Source: an uncultured Actinomycetes bacterium (GTDB taxonomy: Bacteria; Actinomycetota; Thermoleophilia; Gaiellales; Gaiellaceae). From it: a stretch of 64,000 bases of DNA. The stretch's first letter is position 1; each line of letters starts with the position of its first letter. This document shows positions 25,201 to 35,304 of the stretch, in pieces. The position numbers and the translations under genes were made by a program. The notes beneath the pieces were generated by a model, which saw only the letters and a list, made by a program, of their open reading frames with translations, was not told the DNA's origin and did not search any database. Where the stretch lies: positions 294,082 to 358,081 of the forward strand of contig CAVOKD010000002.1 of assembly GCA_963696365.1 (NCBI GenBank). Reading direction: 5' to 3'.

Positions 25201-26283
25201 TCAGCCGACGGGCTCGAGGGGCGGCATCCCGAGGCACGCCCTGAGCTCGTTCTCGATCGCCTCGGCGCGAGCGTGGTCGCCCATCGAGCCGGTCACGAAG
25301 GCGAACGCGTAGCCGCCGACCGTCGAGGCCGCTGCGACGCTGCCGCCCGTGCCGCCCATCCCGAAGCCGTCGTCGTCGACCGCGAAGCCCAGACCCCAGG
25401 CGTTGTCCTCTCCGAACACGCGGTCGGGGCCCGAGCACTGCGCCCGCGTCGCCTCTGCGAGGAGCTCCGCCGACAGGAGCTCGCCCTGGAGGAGCGCCGC
25501 GTACAGGCCGGCCGCCCCCCGGGCCGTGCCGTGGCCGTTGATCGAGGGGATCTCGGCCCCCCGCCACGCGGCGCTGTTGACGACGGCCGCGTCCCGAGCG
25601 CCCGGCGGGTTCCCGATCGCGCGGGGATAGATCTCCGGCTTCCCGACGAGGTTCTCGCGCGCGAACTCCTCGTCGAGCCCGGTCACGTCCACCGCGCGGG
25701 CCTGCTCGTCCGCGGTCAGGCCGAACGCAAAATCGAGTCCGACCTCGTCCCGAAGGAAGCGCCCGAGCGAGCGCCCGTCCACACGCCGAACGAGCTCGCC
25801 GACCAGGTGGCCGTAGAAGAGCGCCGACTCGCCGTGCGCAGTGCCGGGCGGCCAGAGCGGCTCCTGGCGGGCGAGCCGGGCGCACAGCTCGTCCCAGTCG
25901 TAGAAGACCTCAGTCGGCGCCGGTTCGTCGAGCACGACGACGCCCGCCTGGTGCGAGAGCACGTGGCGAACGGTCGCGGGCGCCAGGAACTCGGGCCAGT
26001 AGCGCTGCACCGGCTCGTCGAGCTCGAGCTCGCCGCGGTCGACGAGGACGAGTGCGCAGAGCGCCGCGAACGGCTTGCTCACGGAGTACGGCTGGACGAT
26101 CGAGTCGCGCTCCCAGGGCCGTGTGCGCTCCGCATCGGCCCAGCCGCCCCACAGGTCTACGACCCACGTGCCCTCGTGCCAGGCGGCGACCGCGGCGCCC
26201 GTTCCGGCCGCGCCGGCGACCACGGCGGCGAAGGCCTCGCGAACCGGCGCGAACCGAGGATCGATCGTTCCGCCTACGTCCAC
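25201..26283 (-). CDS. serine hydrolase, beta-lactamase/esterase (class C-like) family
   Basis: Track ORF 25201..26283: IVQPYSVSKPFAALCAL (SxxK nucleophile motif), and a length of 360 aa. Confidence 0.8.
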   Translation of the reverse strand: MDVGGTIDPRFAPVREAFAAVVAGAAGTGAAVAAWHEGTWVVDLWGGWADAERTRPWERDSIVQPYSVSKPFAALCALVLVDRGELELDEPVQRYWPEFLAPATVRHVLSHQAGVVVLDEPAPTEVFYDWDELCARLARQEPLWPPGTAHGESALFYGHLVGELVRRVDGRSLGRFLRDEVGLDFAFGLTADEQARAVDVTGLDEEFARENLVGKPEIYPRAIGNPPGARDAAVVNSAAWRGAEIPSINGHGTARGAAGLYAALLQGELLSAELLAEATRAQCSGPDRVFGEDNAWGLGFAVDDDGFGMGGTGGSVAAASTVGGYAFAFVTGSMGDHARAEAIENELRACLGMPPLEPVG

Positions 26284-26301
26284 GGCGCCTGTCCGGCCGA
26301 G

Positions 26302-26557
26302 TCAGTCCGCGGGCTCAAGCCAGCGATGCGGCGTTGCCAGGTGCGAGGGCATCAGGTCGAACCAGAGCTCCGCGTTCTCCTCCTTCGAGACCCAGCGGTC
26401 GGCCGCCCGGGTCGTGCACGCGGAAGTCCGAGAGGAACTCGACGCTCGTCGGCTCGCCGGTGATCTCGACCGTGCCGTCGTCGAGGAGGGACGCGGTCGC
26501 GACGGTGCGCACCGGCCGCTCTCCGAACTGCTCCCGGAGCTCGAGCCTGCGGCTCAC
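26302..26557 (-). pseudogene. small hypothetical protein (~84 aa), translationally coupled to the upstream oxidoreductase; one apparent frameshift
   Basis: GTG 26557 overlaps a TGA (26556..26554) in a neighbouring frame as GTGA. It reads VSRRLELREQFGERPVRTVATASLLDDGTVEITGEPTSVEFLSDFRVHDPGG. Near 26390 it continues as RWVSKEENAELWFDLMPSHLATPHRWLEPAD, ending at TGA 26304..26302. Confidence 0.35.
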
Positions 26558-28731
26558 GGCGCCGCGGGGGGCGCGGAGTCCGGGCAGGTCGTTCACCGCC
26601 CGGAACCCCTCGTTGATCGCGCTGTGCGTGTAGGCGAACGCCTCCGAGTCGGAGCACGCGATGGCCACGTTCTCGAACGGCCGTGCCCCGATCCGCTGCG
26701 GCTGGCTCCTCCCACGGCCCGTAGAGGGACGGGTCGAAGACCGAGCTCAGCTCGTGCGCGTAGCCGTAGTTCCAGCGGTTGATCATGATCGAGTGCACGT
26801 CGCGCTCGGGGTCGAAATTGCCGCCCTGCGTGTTGACGACGCGGTGGATCACGTCCCAGAGCTCGTTCTCGAGATCCGCGAAGCTCCGGGACAGGAGCAT
26901 CTCGCGGCCGCTCTCGTACGCGTAGAGCTGCGGGATCGCGTCCGGCCGGTTCGGCACGACCTGGAAGGTCAGCTGCGCGGGTGAGGACGGCGGCTGGTTC
27001 GGAGTCGGGCCGTAGACCGGCGCGGCGGCCGGCCCGAAGCCGGCCCCGGCCGCGATGGACGTCGTGTCCCAGAAGAGGCTCGTGCCGCGCGGCTGGATGC
27101 TCGACACGTGCGCGTCGGCGAACGCCTGCCAGTTGTTCAGCCCCGCGCGGCCGTAGATGAGCGGAACCTTGCGGGCGTAGCAGAGCCCGTCCACCTGCTC
27201 CTGCGGCAGCCCGCGGACGATCCGCGCGGTCACGCGGTTCCAGCACGCCATGATCACGTGGCGCGCCCGCACGCGCTCGGCCTTCTTCGCCGGGGTCAGG
27301 TAGACGAGCTTCGCGAGATCCTTCTTGCCGACGCCGGGCTTCACGTCGATCACGGTCGAGTTGAGCCGGATCCGGACGTTCGAGCCGCGGACGTCGAGCT
27401 GCGAGTAGTCGGTCTTCGACTGGAGGATCGTCGTCTGGGTCGGGCGCGCGCCGTTCACGTCCGGCTGCGCCGCCGGGATCAGCCTGGCGACGATCAGCTT
27501 GAGGAGCGAGATGTTCCCGTCCGGCCAGGCGCGCGTCGGGCCGCTGCCGGACTTCGCGTCCTGCTGCGGCGTCCGCCCGATGCCGGGGAACACGATGTCG
27601 TCGGTGTCGCCGAGGCCGAGCGCCGACGGGAAGCCGGGCCGGCCGAGCACCCAGCAGTCGGACGCCGAGACGGCCTGGCCGCCGGCGCCGAGCAGGCTGC
27701 CGGAGCCGCGCCAGTACTCGCCGTGGAAGGCCTCGTCCGGGCAGTCCCAGTAGTACTGGAGGTACTGCTTGTACGTCATCTGCGTCAGGCGCTGGATCTT
27801 CTCGGCCTGCGTCATCGGGCCGTCCTTCGCCGTCATGACGTCGGAGTTCTCGGTCTGGATCCGGATGATCGCGGCGCGGGCGGTAGGCGAGTACGGCGTC
27901 CGGGCCATGAACGCCGTCCAGCCGGCCGGCGTGTTCGGCTCGGTGCGGCTCTGCGTCACCGTGTCCGTCCCTCCGAAGTCCGCGCCGGGGAAGAGGAGCA
28001 TTGTCCGAAGGCCGAACGAGCCCGGGATCCCGGCCGCGCCGCCGTTCGTCCATTGCGACGCGCTGGCGAAGTCGACGCCGGCCCAGCCGAGGATGCTCAC
28101 CGCCGGCTGGCCGTAGGAGCCGGGGATGTCCATGAGCGCCGCCCTGCGGCTGGTTCCAGGCGCCGATCGAGTCGAGGTTCACCGTGCCGCCGTTGCGAAG
28201 CGTCATCACGTCCGCGCCGCCGCGGAAGCCGTCCGGGACGTGGAACTCGTTGCGGTGCGAGTTGCCGCCGAAGTCGGGGAGCTGGTCGAGCAGCAGGATC
28301 TTCGAGCTGGGGCCGAACCGGTCGCGGTAGTACTTCGCGGCCGCGAGGCCGCTCGCGCCCGCGCCGACGATCACGCAGTCGTAGTCGTCGTCGACGTCGC
28401 GCGCGCCGCTCGGTCCGATGCCAGGCCCGGGCACCGCCGAGTGCACGTCGGCGGGACTGGACGCAGGCGGGTCGATCTGCATCGTGTTCGCCACGACGCC
28501 GTCCGGCTCGCCCGTGATCCCGGTCATGGTGGGCGGGTAGTAGCCGGGTGGAAGGGCCGCGCCGGACACCGGGTCGAGCGCCGCCATCGCGGCCTCGGCG
28601 CCGGTCAGGTACGGGGCTGCCGCCGCGGCCGCGAGGCCGGCGGCGCCGATTGCCACGCCGTCGAGGAAGTCCTTGCGGGTGATGCCGTCGTCGTGCTTTC
28701 CGTTCGCTCCTACGACCTCGTCCTTGGACAT
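26554..28731 (-). pseudogene. Tat-signal NAD(P)/FAD-dependent amine oxidoreductase (spermidine-dehydrogenase-like), at least two or three apparent frameshifts
   Basis: ATG 28731 follows GGAGG: MSKDEVVGANGKHDDGITRKDFLDGVAIGAAGLAAAAAAP...YDCVIVGAGASGLAAAKYY...GGNSHRNEF. The body is track ORF 26352..28133. The tail ..FENVAIACSDSEAFAYTHSAINEGFRAVNDLP is in track ORF 26315..26668. Joins are at about 28133..28140 and 26703..26708. The 3' end is uncertain. Confidence 0.65.
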
Positions 28732-28803
28732 GGCGCCTCCTAGCAACTCGATGGCCGTGCCGTTTCTCTCACCTGGGGCGACGCGCGTCAATAGGATCGC
28801 CCG

Positions 28804-29908
28804 ATGCGAGTCCGGGCCGCTGTGCTCGAGGAGTTCGGGGCGCCGCTCGTCGTCCAGGAGGTCGACCTGGCGGAGCCGAAGGCGGGCGAGGTGCTCGTCC
28901 GGCATCGAGGCGTGCGGGGTCTGCCACACCGACCTCTACACCGCCTCGGGCGCCGATCCGAGCGGCTACGCGCCGTGCGTCCTCGGCCACGAGGGCGCGG
29001 GCGTGGTCGAGGCGGTCGGCCCCGACGTGACGCTCGTCGCGCCGGGCGACCACGTGGTCACGCTCTTCGCGCCCGAGTGCGGCGAGTGCGTCCACTGCCG
29101 GAGCCCGCGGACGAACCGCTGCACCGCGATCCGCGACCAGCAGGGGCTCGGCTACCTCCCCGACGGCACCGCCCGCTTCGGCCGCGGCGGCGAGGAGCTC
29201 CGCCACTTCATGGGCACGTCGACGTTCGCCGACCACACGGTCATGCCGGAGATCGCGCTCGCGAAGGTGAGCCCGGAGGCGCCGCTCGCCGGCTGCGCGC
29301 CGTTCGCGTGCGGGCTCTCGACCGGGATCGGCGCGGCGCTCTACACCGCGCAGGTGGAGCCCGGCTCGACGTGCATGGTCTTCGGCTGCGGCCTCGTCGG
29401 GCTCGGCGCCGTGATCGGCTGCCGGCTCGCGGGCGCCGAGCGGATCGTCGCGGTCGACCTCTCCGAGGATCGGCTCGCGGAGGCTCGGCACCACGGCGCG
29501 ACCGAGACGCGGCCTGCCGGCGACGACGTGGTCGACTGGATCCGCGAGGAGACCGGCGGTTTCGGCGCGGACTACACCTTCGAGGCAACGGGAAACGTCA
29601 AGGTCATGCAGCAGGCGGTCGAGGCGGCGCGCGAGGCCTGGGGCCTCGCGACGATGATCGGCGTGGCCGGCAAGGGCGAGACGCTGGACATCGTGCCGCG
29701 GCTCCTGATCACGGGCCGGCGCGTCACCGGCTCGTCGTTCGGCGGCGTGAAGGGCCGCTCGCAGGTGCCGGGGCTCGTCGACCGCTGGCTTGCAGGCGAG
29801 ATCGACGTCGACGCGCTCGTCACCGACCGGATCCCGCTCGAGGGCGTGAACGACGCGTTCGAGGCGATGGAGCGGCAGGAGGGCATCAGGACGGTGATCG
29901 AGCTTTGA
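28804..29908 (+). pseudogene. zinc-type alcohol dehydrogenase, class III-like (mycothiol/formaldehyde dehydrogenase family), one apparent frameshift
   Basis: MRVRAAVLEEFGAPLVVQEVDLAEPKAGEVLVR (track ORF 28804..). At about 28899..28904 it continues as IEACGVCHTDLYTASG...VLGHEGAGVVEAVG...VFGCGLVGLGAV (track ORF 28673..29908). Confidence 0.75.
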
Positions 29909-30643
29909 TCGTCGAGCGCACCGAGCATCCGGACTGGCTCTCGAACGCCTACCTGGTCGGCGACCGGCCCGGCGGGCACGGCGTCCTCGTCGACTCGAAC
30001 GGCCTGAACGAGCCGCTGATCGAGGCGGTCGAGCGGCACGAGCTGACCCTCACGCACGTGATCGTCACGCACCACCACGCCGACCACGTCGTCACGTCCG
30101 TGACGGACGCGAAGCGCTTCGGCGTCCCGCTGCTCGCGCACCCGCTCGTCGGCGACGCCGGCCTCGCGGTCGACCAGCCGCTCGCCGACGGCGACGCGAT
30201 CCGCATCGGGCGAGCTCGAGCTCCAGGTGATCGCAACGCCCGGCCATTGCCCCGACCATCTCGCGCTGCTCGTCGACGGAACGGACTGCCTGACGGCGGA
30301 CTGTCTCTTCAAGGGCACCGTCGGCGGTACCGCGGCGGCGGCGAGACCGGGTTCGCAGACCAGGTGCGCTCGATCATGGAGCGGCTGATGACGCTGCCGC
30401 CCGAGACGCGCATCCACCCCGGCCACTGCGAGCCGTCCACGATCGGCGACGAATGGGAGTCGAACCCGTTCGTCCGCGTGTGGCGCGGCCTCGACCCCGA
30501 GGGCGAAGAGCCGTGCCGCGTCCGCGGCGAGCAGCGCGACCCTCGTCCTCTGGGGCCCGGACTACGACGGCACGCACAAGGCCTGGGTGCGCTTCCCGGA
30601 CGGCCGCGACCAGATCGTCGGCGGCTCCCAGGTCGAGCGCTAG
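29905..30643 (+). pseudogene. MBL-fold metallo-hydrolase (glyoxalase-II-like thioesterase), three apparent frameshifts
   Basis: TTG 29905 overlaps the ADH stop. It reads VIVTHHHADHV (HxHxDH). Between about 30208 and 30345 the real sequence (ELELQVIATPGHCPDHLALLVDGTDCLTADCLFKGTVGG) is in another frame, a compensating pair of shifts. A third shift at about 30530..30540 leads to ATLVLWGPDYDGTHKAWVRFPDGRDQIVGGSQVER and TAG 30641..30643. Confidence 0.7.
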
Positions 30644-31245
30644 CGCGTCAGGCGGAAGAGCCGCACCGTCGGGCTCTCGCGCAGGACGCTCGTCTCGACG
30701 CGCCACGTCTCGTTCGCGCGCTCGAGGAACTCGCCCGCGGCCGGGCGGCCGGGCTCGGCGACGAGGATCTCGGAGCCGAGCCGCGGCAGCAGCGCGAGCA
30801 GCGGCTCGACGTTGCGGCGCTCGTAGAGGACGTCCGCGGCGAGCACCAGGTCCCACGGCGCGCGGGCGGCGAGGGCGCTCGGCTCGAACCAGGACGCGAC
30901 CTCGATCTCGAGCTCGATCTCGTTGCGCGCGGCGTTCTCGCGCAGGAGCGCCACGGCGTCTGGCGACCAGTCGGTCGCGAGCACGTCGGCGCCGGCGAGT
31001 GCGGCCGCGAGGCTCGGGAGGCCGAGCCCGCAGCCGAGCTCGAGCACGCGGCGCCCGGCGAGCGGGAGCGCCGCGACCTCCTCCGCGAGCGCGAGCCCGC
31101 TCGGCCAGAGCTCCGCCCAGTACGGCAGGAACTCCTCACGCTCGAACGCCTCCTCCGAGATGAGCGCCTCCGGGTCGGGCGGGCGCAGGATCGCGAGCTC
31201 GCGACCGGCGAGGCGGATCCGCTCCTCGACGAGCTGTCCGTCCAC
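30640..31245 (-). CDS. class I SAM-dependent methyltransferase (Methyltransf_16 / lysine-MTase-like)
   Basis: In-frame C-terminal part of track ORF 30640..31797, with a likely GTG start at 31245: WPSGLALAEEVAALPLAGRRVLELGCGLGLPSLAAALAGADVLATD ... DLVLAADVLY. Confidence 0.7.
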   Translation of the reverse strand: MDGQLVEERIRLAGRELAILRPPDPEALISEEAFEREEFLPYWAELWPSGLALAEEVAALPLAGRRVLELGCGLGLPSLAAALAGADVLATDWSPDAVALLRENAARNEIELEIEVASWFEPSALAARAPWDLVLAADVLYERRNVEPLLALLPRLGSEILVAEPGRPAAGEFLERANETWRVETSVLRESPTVRLFRLTR

Positions 31246-31274
31246 CCGGCCGAGCCTAGTAGGGTCGCGCGAGC

Positions 31275-32631
31275 ATGGGCAGGATCGAGACGGACGTCGT
31301 CGTCGTCGGCGCCGGAATCGCAGGGCTGGCCGCGGCCCGGAGGCTCGTCGCCGAGGGGCGCGACGTGGTCGTCCTCGAGGCGCGCGACCGGGTCGGCGGC
31401 CGCACCGAGAACGTCGACATCGGCGGCCAGCCGAACGAGATCGGCGGCCAGTGGGTCGCGCCGTACCAGGACGAGCTGAAGGGCCTGCTCGGCGAGCTCG
31501 GGATCGATCTCTTCCCCAGCCACCGCACCGGCCGGCACGTCTACGTCGGGGCCGGACGGCGACGTCACCCGCTACGAGGGGCACGACGCGCCGCTTTCGG
31601 ACGCGGCCGGCCGCTCGTACGCCGACGGCGTCGCGAAGCTCGATGCGCTCGCGGAGTCGCTCGACCCCGAGGCGCCCGTGGGAGCATCCCGACGCGGCCG
31701 CGCTCGACGCCCGCACGTACGAGTCCTGGCTCCAGGCCGAGGTCGAGGACGAGGCGGCGCGCGACCTGCTCCGCTCGTTTCTCGCGGGCGGGTTCATGAC
31801 GAAGCCCGCGGAGAGCTTCTCGCTCCTCGCCGGGCTCTGGGTGATCGCGGGCGCCGGGCAGCGTCGACAACCTGTTCGAGCCCGACCTCTGCCTCGCGTA
31901 CCGCGTCGTCGGCGGCTCGCAGCTGATCGCGCTCCGGCTCGCCGAGGAGCTGGGCGAGCGCGTGCGGCTCGGCTCGCCGGTGCGCGCGTGCACGTGGGAC
32001 GGCGACCGCGTGACGGTCGCCGCGGGCGAGACGACGGTCGAGGCGCGGCGTGCGATCGTCGCGATCCCGCCGAACCTGACGGGCGGGATCCGCTTCGACC
32101 CGGTGCTGCCGCCGTGGCGCCTGCGGCTCGAGCAGCACCTCTCGCAGGGGAGCGTGATCAAGGCGCTCGCCGTCTACGAGACGCCCTTCTGGCGCGACGA
32201 GGGCCTCTCCGGCGAGGGCTTCGCGCCGTACGAGCTCGTGCGCGAGGTCTACGACAACACGCCACCCTCGGGCGCGCCCGGCGTGCTCTGCACCTTCCTC
32301 GCCGGCGAGAACGCCGAGAGCGCGCGGGCGGCTCGACGCCCGAGGAGCGCCGGCGGATCGTCCTCACGGCTTCGAGCGGTTCTTCGGCCCGGCCGCGCTC
32401 GAGGCGGTCGACTACGTCGAGCGCGACTGGTCGGCCGAGGAGTTCACCCGCGGCGCCTACTGCGCCACCTTCGACGTCGGCGGGCTGGCCCGGTTCGGCC
32501 CGGACCTCCGCCGCCCGATCGGCCCGATCCACTGGGCCTGCACCGACATCTCCGGCTTCGGGAACATGCACATGGAGGGCGCCGCCCGCAGCGGCCGAGC
32601 CGCCGCCGAGGCCGTGCTCGGCGAGCTCTAG
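31275..32631 (+). pseudogene. flavin-containing (mono)amine oxidase family protein, about five apparent frameshifts
   Basis: MGRIETDVVVVGAGIAGLAAARRLVAEGRDVVVLEARDRVGGR (dinucleotide fold). Successive pieces appear in three frames: GDVTRYEGHDAPLSDAAGRSYADGVAKL; WEHPDAAALDARTYESWLQAEV..; SVDNLFEPDLCLAYRVVGGSQLIAL...VIKALAVYETPFWRDEG; TPEERRRIVL; FERFFGPAALEAVDYVERDWSAEEFTRGAY...GNMHMEGAARSG. Joins are at about 31547-31556, 31676-31680, 31855-31862, 32322-32335 and 32362-32372. Confidence 0.7.
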
Positions 32632-33734
32632 CTCGCCAGCGAGTCGAAGACGAGCCGCTGGAAGTGCTGGATCAGCTGCTCGCTCGCGGGCAGCAGGCGT
32701 CCCTGCGGGACCATGCCGGACGCCAGGCCGCGCTGGACGCTCTCGACGAGCGCGTTGTCCTCGTCGCCGACCTGGGTCGAGAAGGCGATCATCTCGGCGA
32801 CCGTCTCGTCAGGGACGTCCTCGGCGTAGAAGTAGTCGGTGACGCCGATCGTGCGGTCGGGTCCGTCCGGCCGCCAGGTGTCGACGGACATGTTGGGCGG
32901 GCCGGCCTCGATGTTCAGGGTCAGGTTCGGCCAGACGAGGTGGTACTGCGCCTGGCGCACGGGGCCGTCCTTCGCCCACGCGCCGGCCCCGCCGTTGCCC
33001 GCGCTGTCGCGCACCGGCCCGAACTGGCTCGAGACGAGGCCCTCGGCGCGCAGCAGGTAGGAGTCCGGGTCGACGTCGTAGACCTTGCTGAAGCCCGGGT
33101 GCGCGGTGGGGCAGTGGTAGCACTCGAGGTAGTTCTCGAGCCCGACCTTCCAGTTCGCGTGCAGCTCCCACTCGACGCGCTCGCGGTGGCGGAGGATGGC
33201 GAGGTCGAGGCCGGAGTCCGCGATCGTCGCGTCGAGCCCGCCGAGGGTGGCGGCGAGCGGCTCGGCGTCGGCGTTCGGGTTGGCGAAGACGAGCGGGCCC
33301 CAGGTCTCGACCGCGACCGGCAGGAGCGAGAGCCCTCCAGGTCGAACCCGGGCTCGCGGTCGCAGCGCGGCGCGCTCGAGGAGCGAGCCGTCGAGGCCGT
33401 ACGTCCAGGCGTGGTACGGGCACTGGAGCGTCGCCCGGCGGCCGGTGCCCTGCGCGACGATGTGGCCGCGGTGGCGGCAGACGTTGACGAAGCCTCGCAG
33501 CTCGCCGTCCTTGCCGCGGACGACCACGACCGGGATGTGCGCCGCGAAGCCGGTCAGGTACGTGCCCGGCTCGGCCACGTCTGTCCCGTGCCCGACGCAC
33601 TGCCACGTGCCGGCGAAGATCCGCGCGCGCTCGAGCGCGAGCACCTCCGGGTCGGAGTACCAGTCGGCCGGGAGCGTCGCCCCCGCCTCGAGAGCCGCCG
33701 AGAGCTCGGACGTCGGCGAGATCACGCGTCCCAC
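32628..33734 (-). CDS. Rieske [2Fe-2S] aromatic-ring-hydroxylating-type oxygenase, alpha subunit
   Basis: Track ORF 32628..33734: CRHRGH...CPYHAW (Rieske motif), then ENYLECYHCPTAHPGF in the catalytic domain. A short stretch (about 33340..33385) may hide a compensating frameshift pair. Confidence 0.8.
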   Translation of the reverse strand: MGRVISPTSELSAALEAGATLPADWYSDPEVLALERARIFAGTWQCVGHGTDVAEPGTYLTGFAAHIPVVVVRGKDGELRGFVNVCRHRGHIVAQGTGRRATLQCPYHAWTYGLDGSLLERAALRPRARVRPGGLSLLPVAVETWGPLVFANPNADAEPLAATLGGLDATIADSGLDLAILRHRERVEWELHANWKVGLENYLECYHCPTAHPGFSKVYDVDPDSYLLRAEGLVSSQFGPVRDSAGNGGAGAWAKDGPVRQAQYHLVWPNLTLNIEAGPPNMSVDTWRPDGPDRTIGVTDYFYAEDVPDETVAEMIAFSTQVGDEDNALVESVQRGLASGMVPQGRLLPASEQLIQHFQRLVFDSLAS

Positions 33735-34892
33735 CCCACGTAGGGATCGAGCCCGCGCTTGAGGAGGCCGCCCGCGATGATCACGCGCTGGATCTCGCTC
33801 GTGCCCTCCCAGATCCGGTCGACCCGCAGCTCGCGGAAGTGCCGCTCGGCCGGGTGCTCGGTCATGTAGCCGCGCCCGCCGAAGATCTGCACCGTCCGGT
33901 CGACCACGCGCCCTGCCATCTCAGAAGCGTAGAGCTTCGCCATCGCCACCTTCCCGTGGACGATCTTGTCGTCCGGGTGCGTGTCGAACGCGTGGGCGGC
34001 GTGGTACGTGAGGAGACGCGCTGCCGCGAGCTCGGTCAGCGAGTCGGCGAGCGGGAACTGGACGCCCTGGAAGTCGGCGATCCGCTGGCCGAACGCCTCG
34101 CGCTCGAGCGACCACTCGCGCGAGAGGTCGAGCAGGCGGTCGGCCGCGCCGCAGCAGCGGGCCGCGATCATCAGGCGCTCGACCGTGAACCAGCGCTTCG
34201 CGCCTTCGTTCCCGCCCTCGGGGACGCGGTTCGCCTCGGGGACGCGGCAGTCGGTCAGCCTGAGCTCGAGGTGCTTGTCGAGGTACGGGTCGTGCATGAA
34301 GCGCGGCGTGCGCGCGACCTCGAGCCCGGGCGCGTCCTTGTCCACGAGGAAGAGCATCTGCTCTCCGTCGGAGACGGCCAGGACGATGAAGAACGCCGCG
34401 TGCTGGCCGCCGGTCACGTACCACTTCTCGCCGTTCAGGACCCATTCGTCGCCGTCGCGGACGGCCGTCGCCTGGAGCGACGCGACGTCCGAGCCGGCGC
34501 CCGGACTCGGTGATCGCCCACGCCTCGTAGGTCTCGTGGCGCAGCAGCGGGCCGACGAAGCGCTCGAGCTGGTCCTCGTTCACGAGCTCGAGCAGCTCCC
34601 GCGGGCCGCGCTCGGCGACGATGAAGCCGAGGCCGTTCGTCGCGCGCCCGGCCTCCTCCTCGATCGCCACCTGCGCGAGCATCGACAGGTCGGCGCCGCC
34701 GTGCTCGGCCGGGAGGTTGTAGTTCGAGAACCCTTCGGCGCGCGCCTTCTCGCGCAGCGCCTCGATCTCGTCCTCGTCGATGTCGCCGCGCTCGACGATC
34801 CGAGCCTCGGCGGGGTAGAGCACCTCCTCGACGAAGCGCCGGGCGCGGGCCTTGAGATCGCGGATCTCGGGGGGTAGGTCGGGGACGACCAT
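33722..34892 (-). pseudogene. acyl-CoA dehydrogenase, one apparent frameshift
   Basis: The N-terminus comes from track ORF 33921..34892 (MVVPDLPPEIRDLKARARRFVEEV...ETYEAWAITE). The rest comes from track ORF 33722..34417 plus its upstream frame (PGAGSDVASLQATAVRDGDEWVLNGEKWYVTGG...QIFGGRGY...RIWEGTSEIQ). An extra base at about 34505..34510 breaks the ITEPGAGSD motif. Confidence 0.8.
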
Positions 34893-34904
34893 GGGCCCGG
34901 GATC

Positions 34905-35304
34905 CTAAGCGGTGGCTTCGAAGGCGGTCCGCTCCTCCGTCGTCAGCGGGCGCGAGCGGCCCGGTCTCGCGGTCGCGGGCGACGAGCACCGCCTGCGCCT
35001 CGGCCGAGAGCTCGCCGGACTCGGTCACGAGCTCCTCCCGCGTCCGGACGCTCGACCGTCCGAGCCCCTCGAGCGCGCAGCGGGCGATCACCACGTCGTC
35101 GGCCTGCGTGCAGCTCGCGCCGGTAGTCGATCGCCACCCGGGCGAGCACGAAGTCCCAGCCGCCGTCTCCGACGGCGTTGTCGACCCACTCGTCGCGCGC
35201 CTCCTCGAGGTACGTCAGGTAGACGGCGTTGTTGACGTGGCCGAAGTTGTCGATGTCACGCCAGCGGATCTCGATGCGCTTCTCGTGGATGATTGGCGGA
35301 TCAT
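34905..35304 (-). pseudogene. 4HBT-type acyl-CoA thioesterase, about three apparent frameshifts
   Basis: The core IIHEKRIEIRWRDIDNFGHVNNAVYLTYLEEARDEWV...FVLARVAIDYRRELH lies inside track ORF 34943..36031. It continues as ADDVVIARCALEGLGRSSVRTREELV..AVLVARDRETG (track ORF 34435..35094), then RSRPLTTEERTAFEATA, ending at TAG 34907..34905. The only ATG (35304) is out of frame with the core. Confidence 0.6.
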
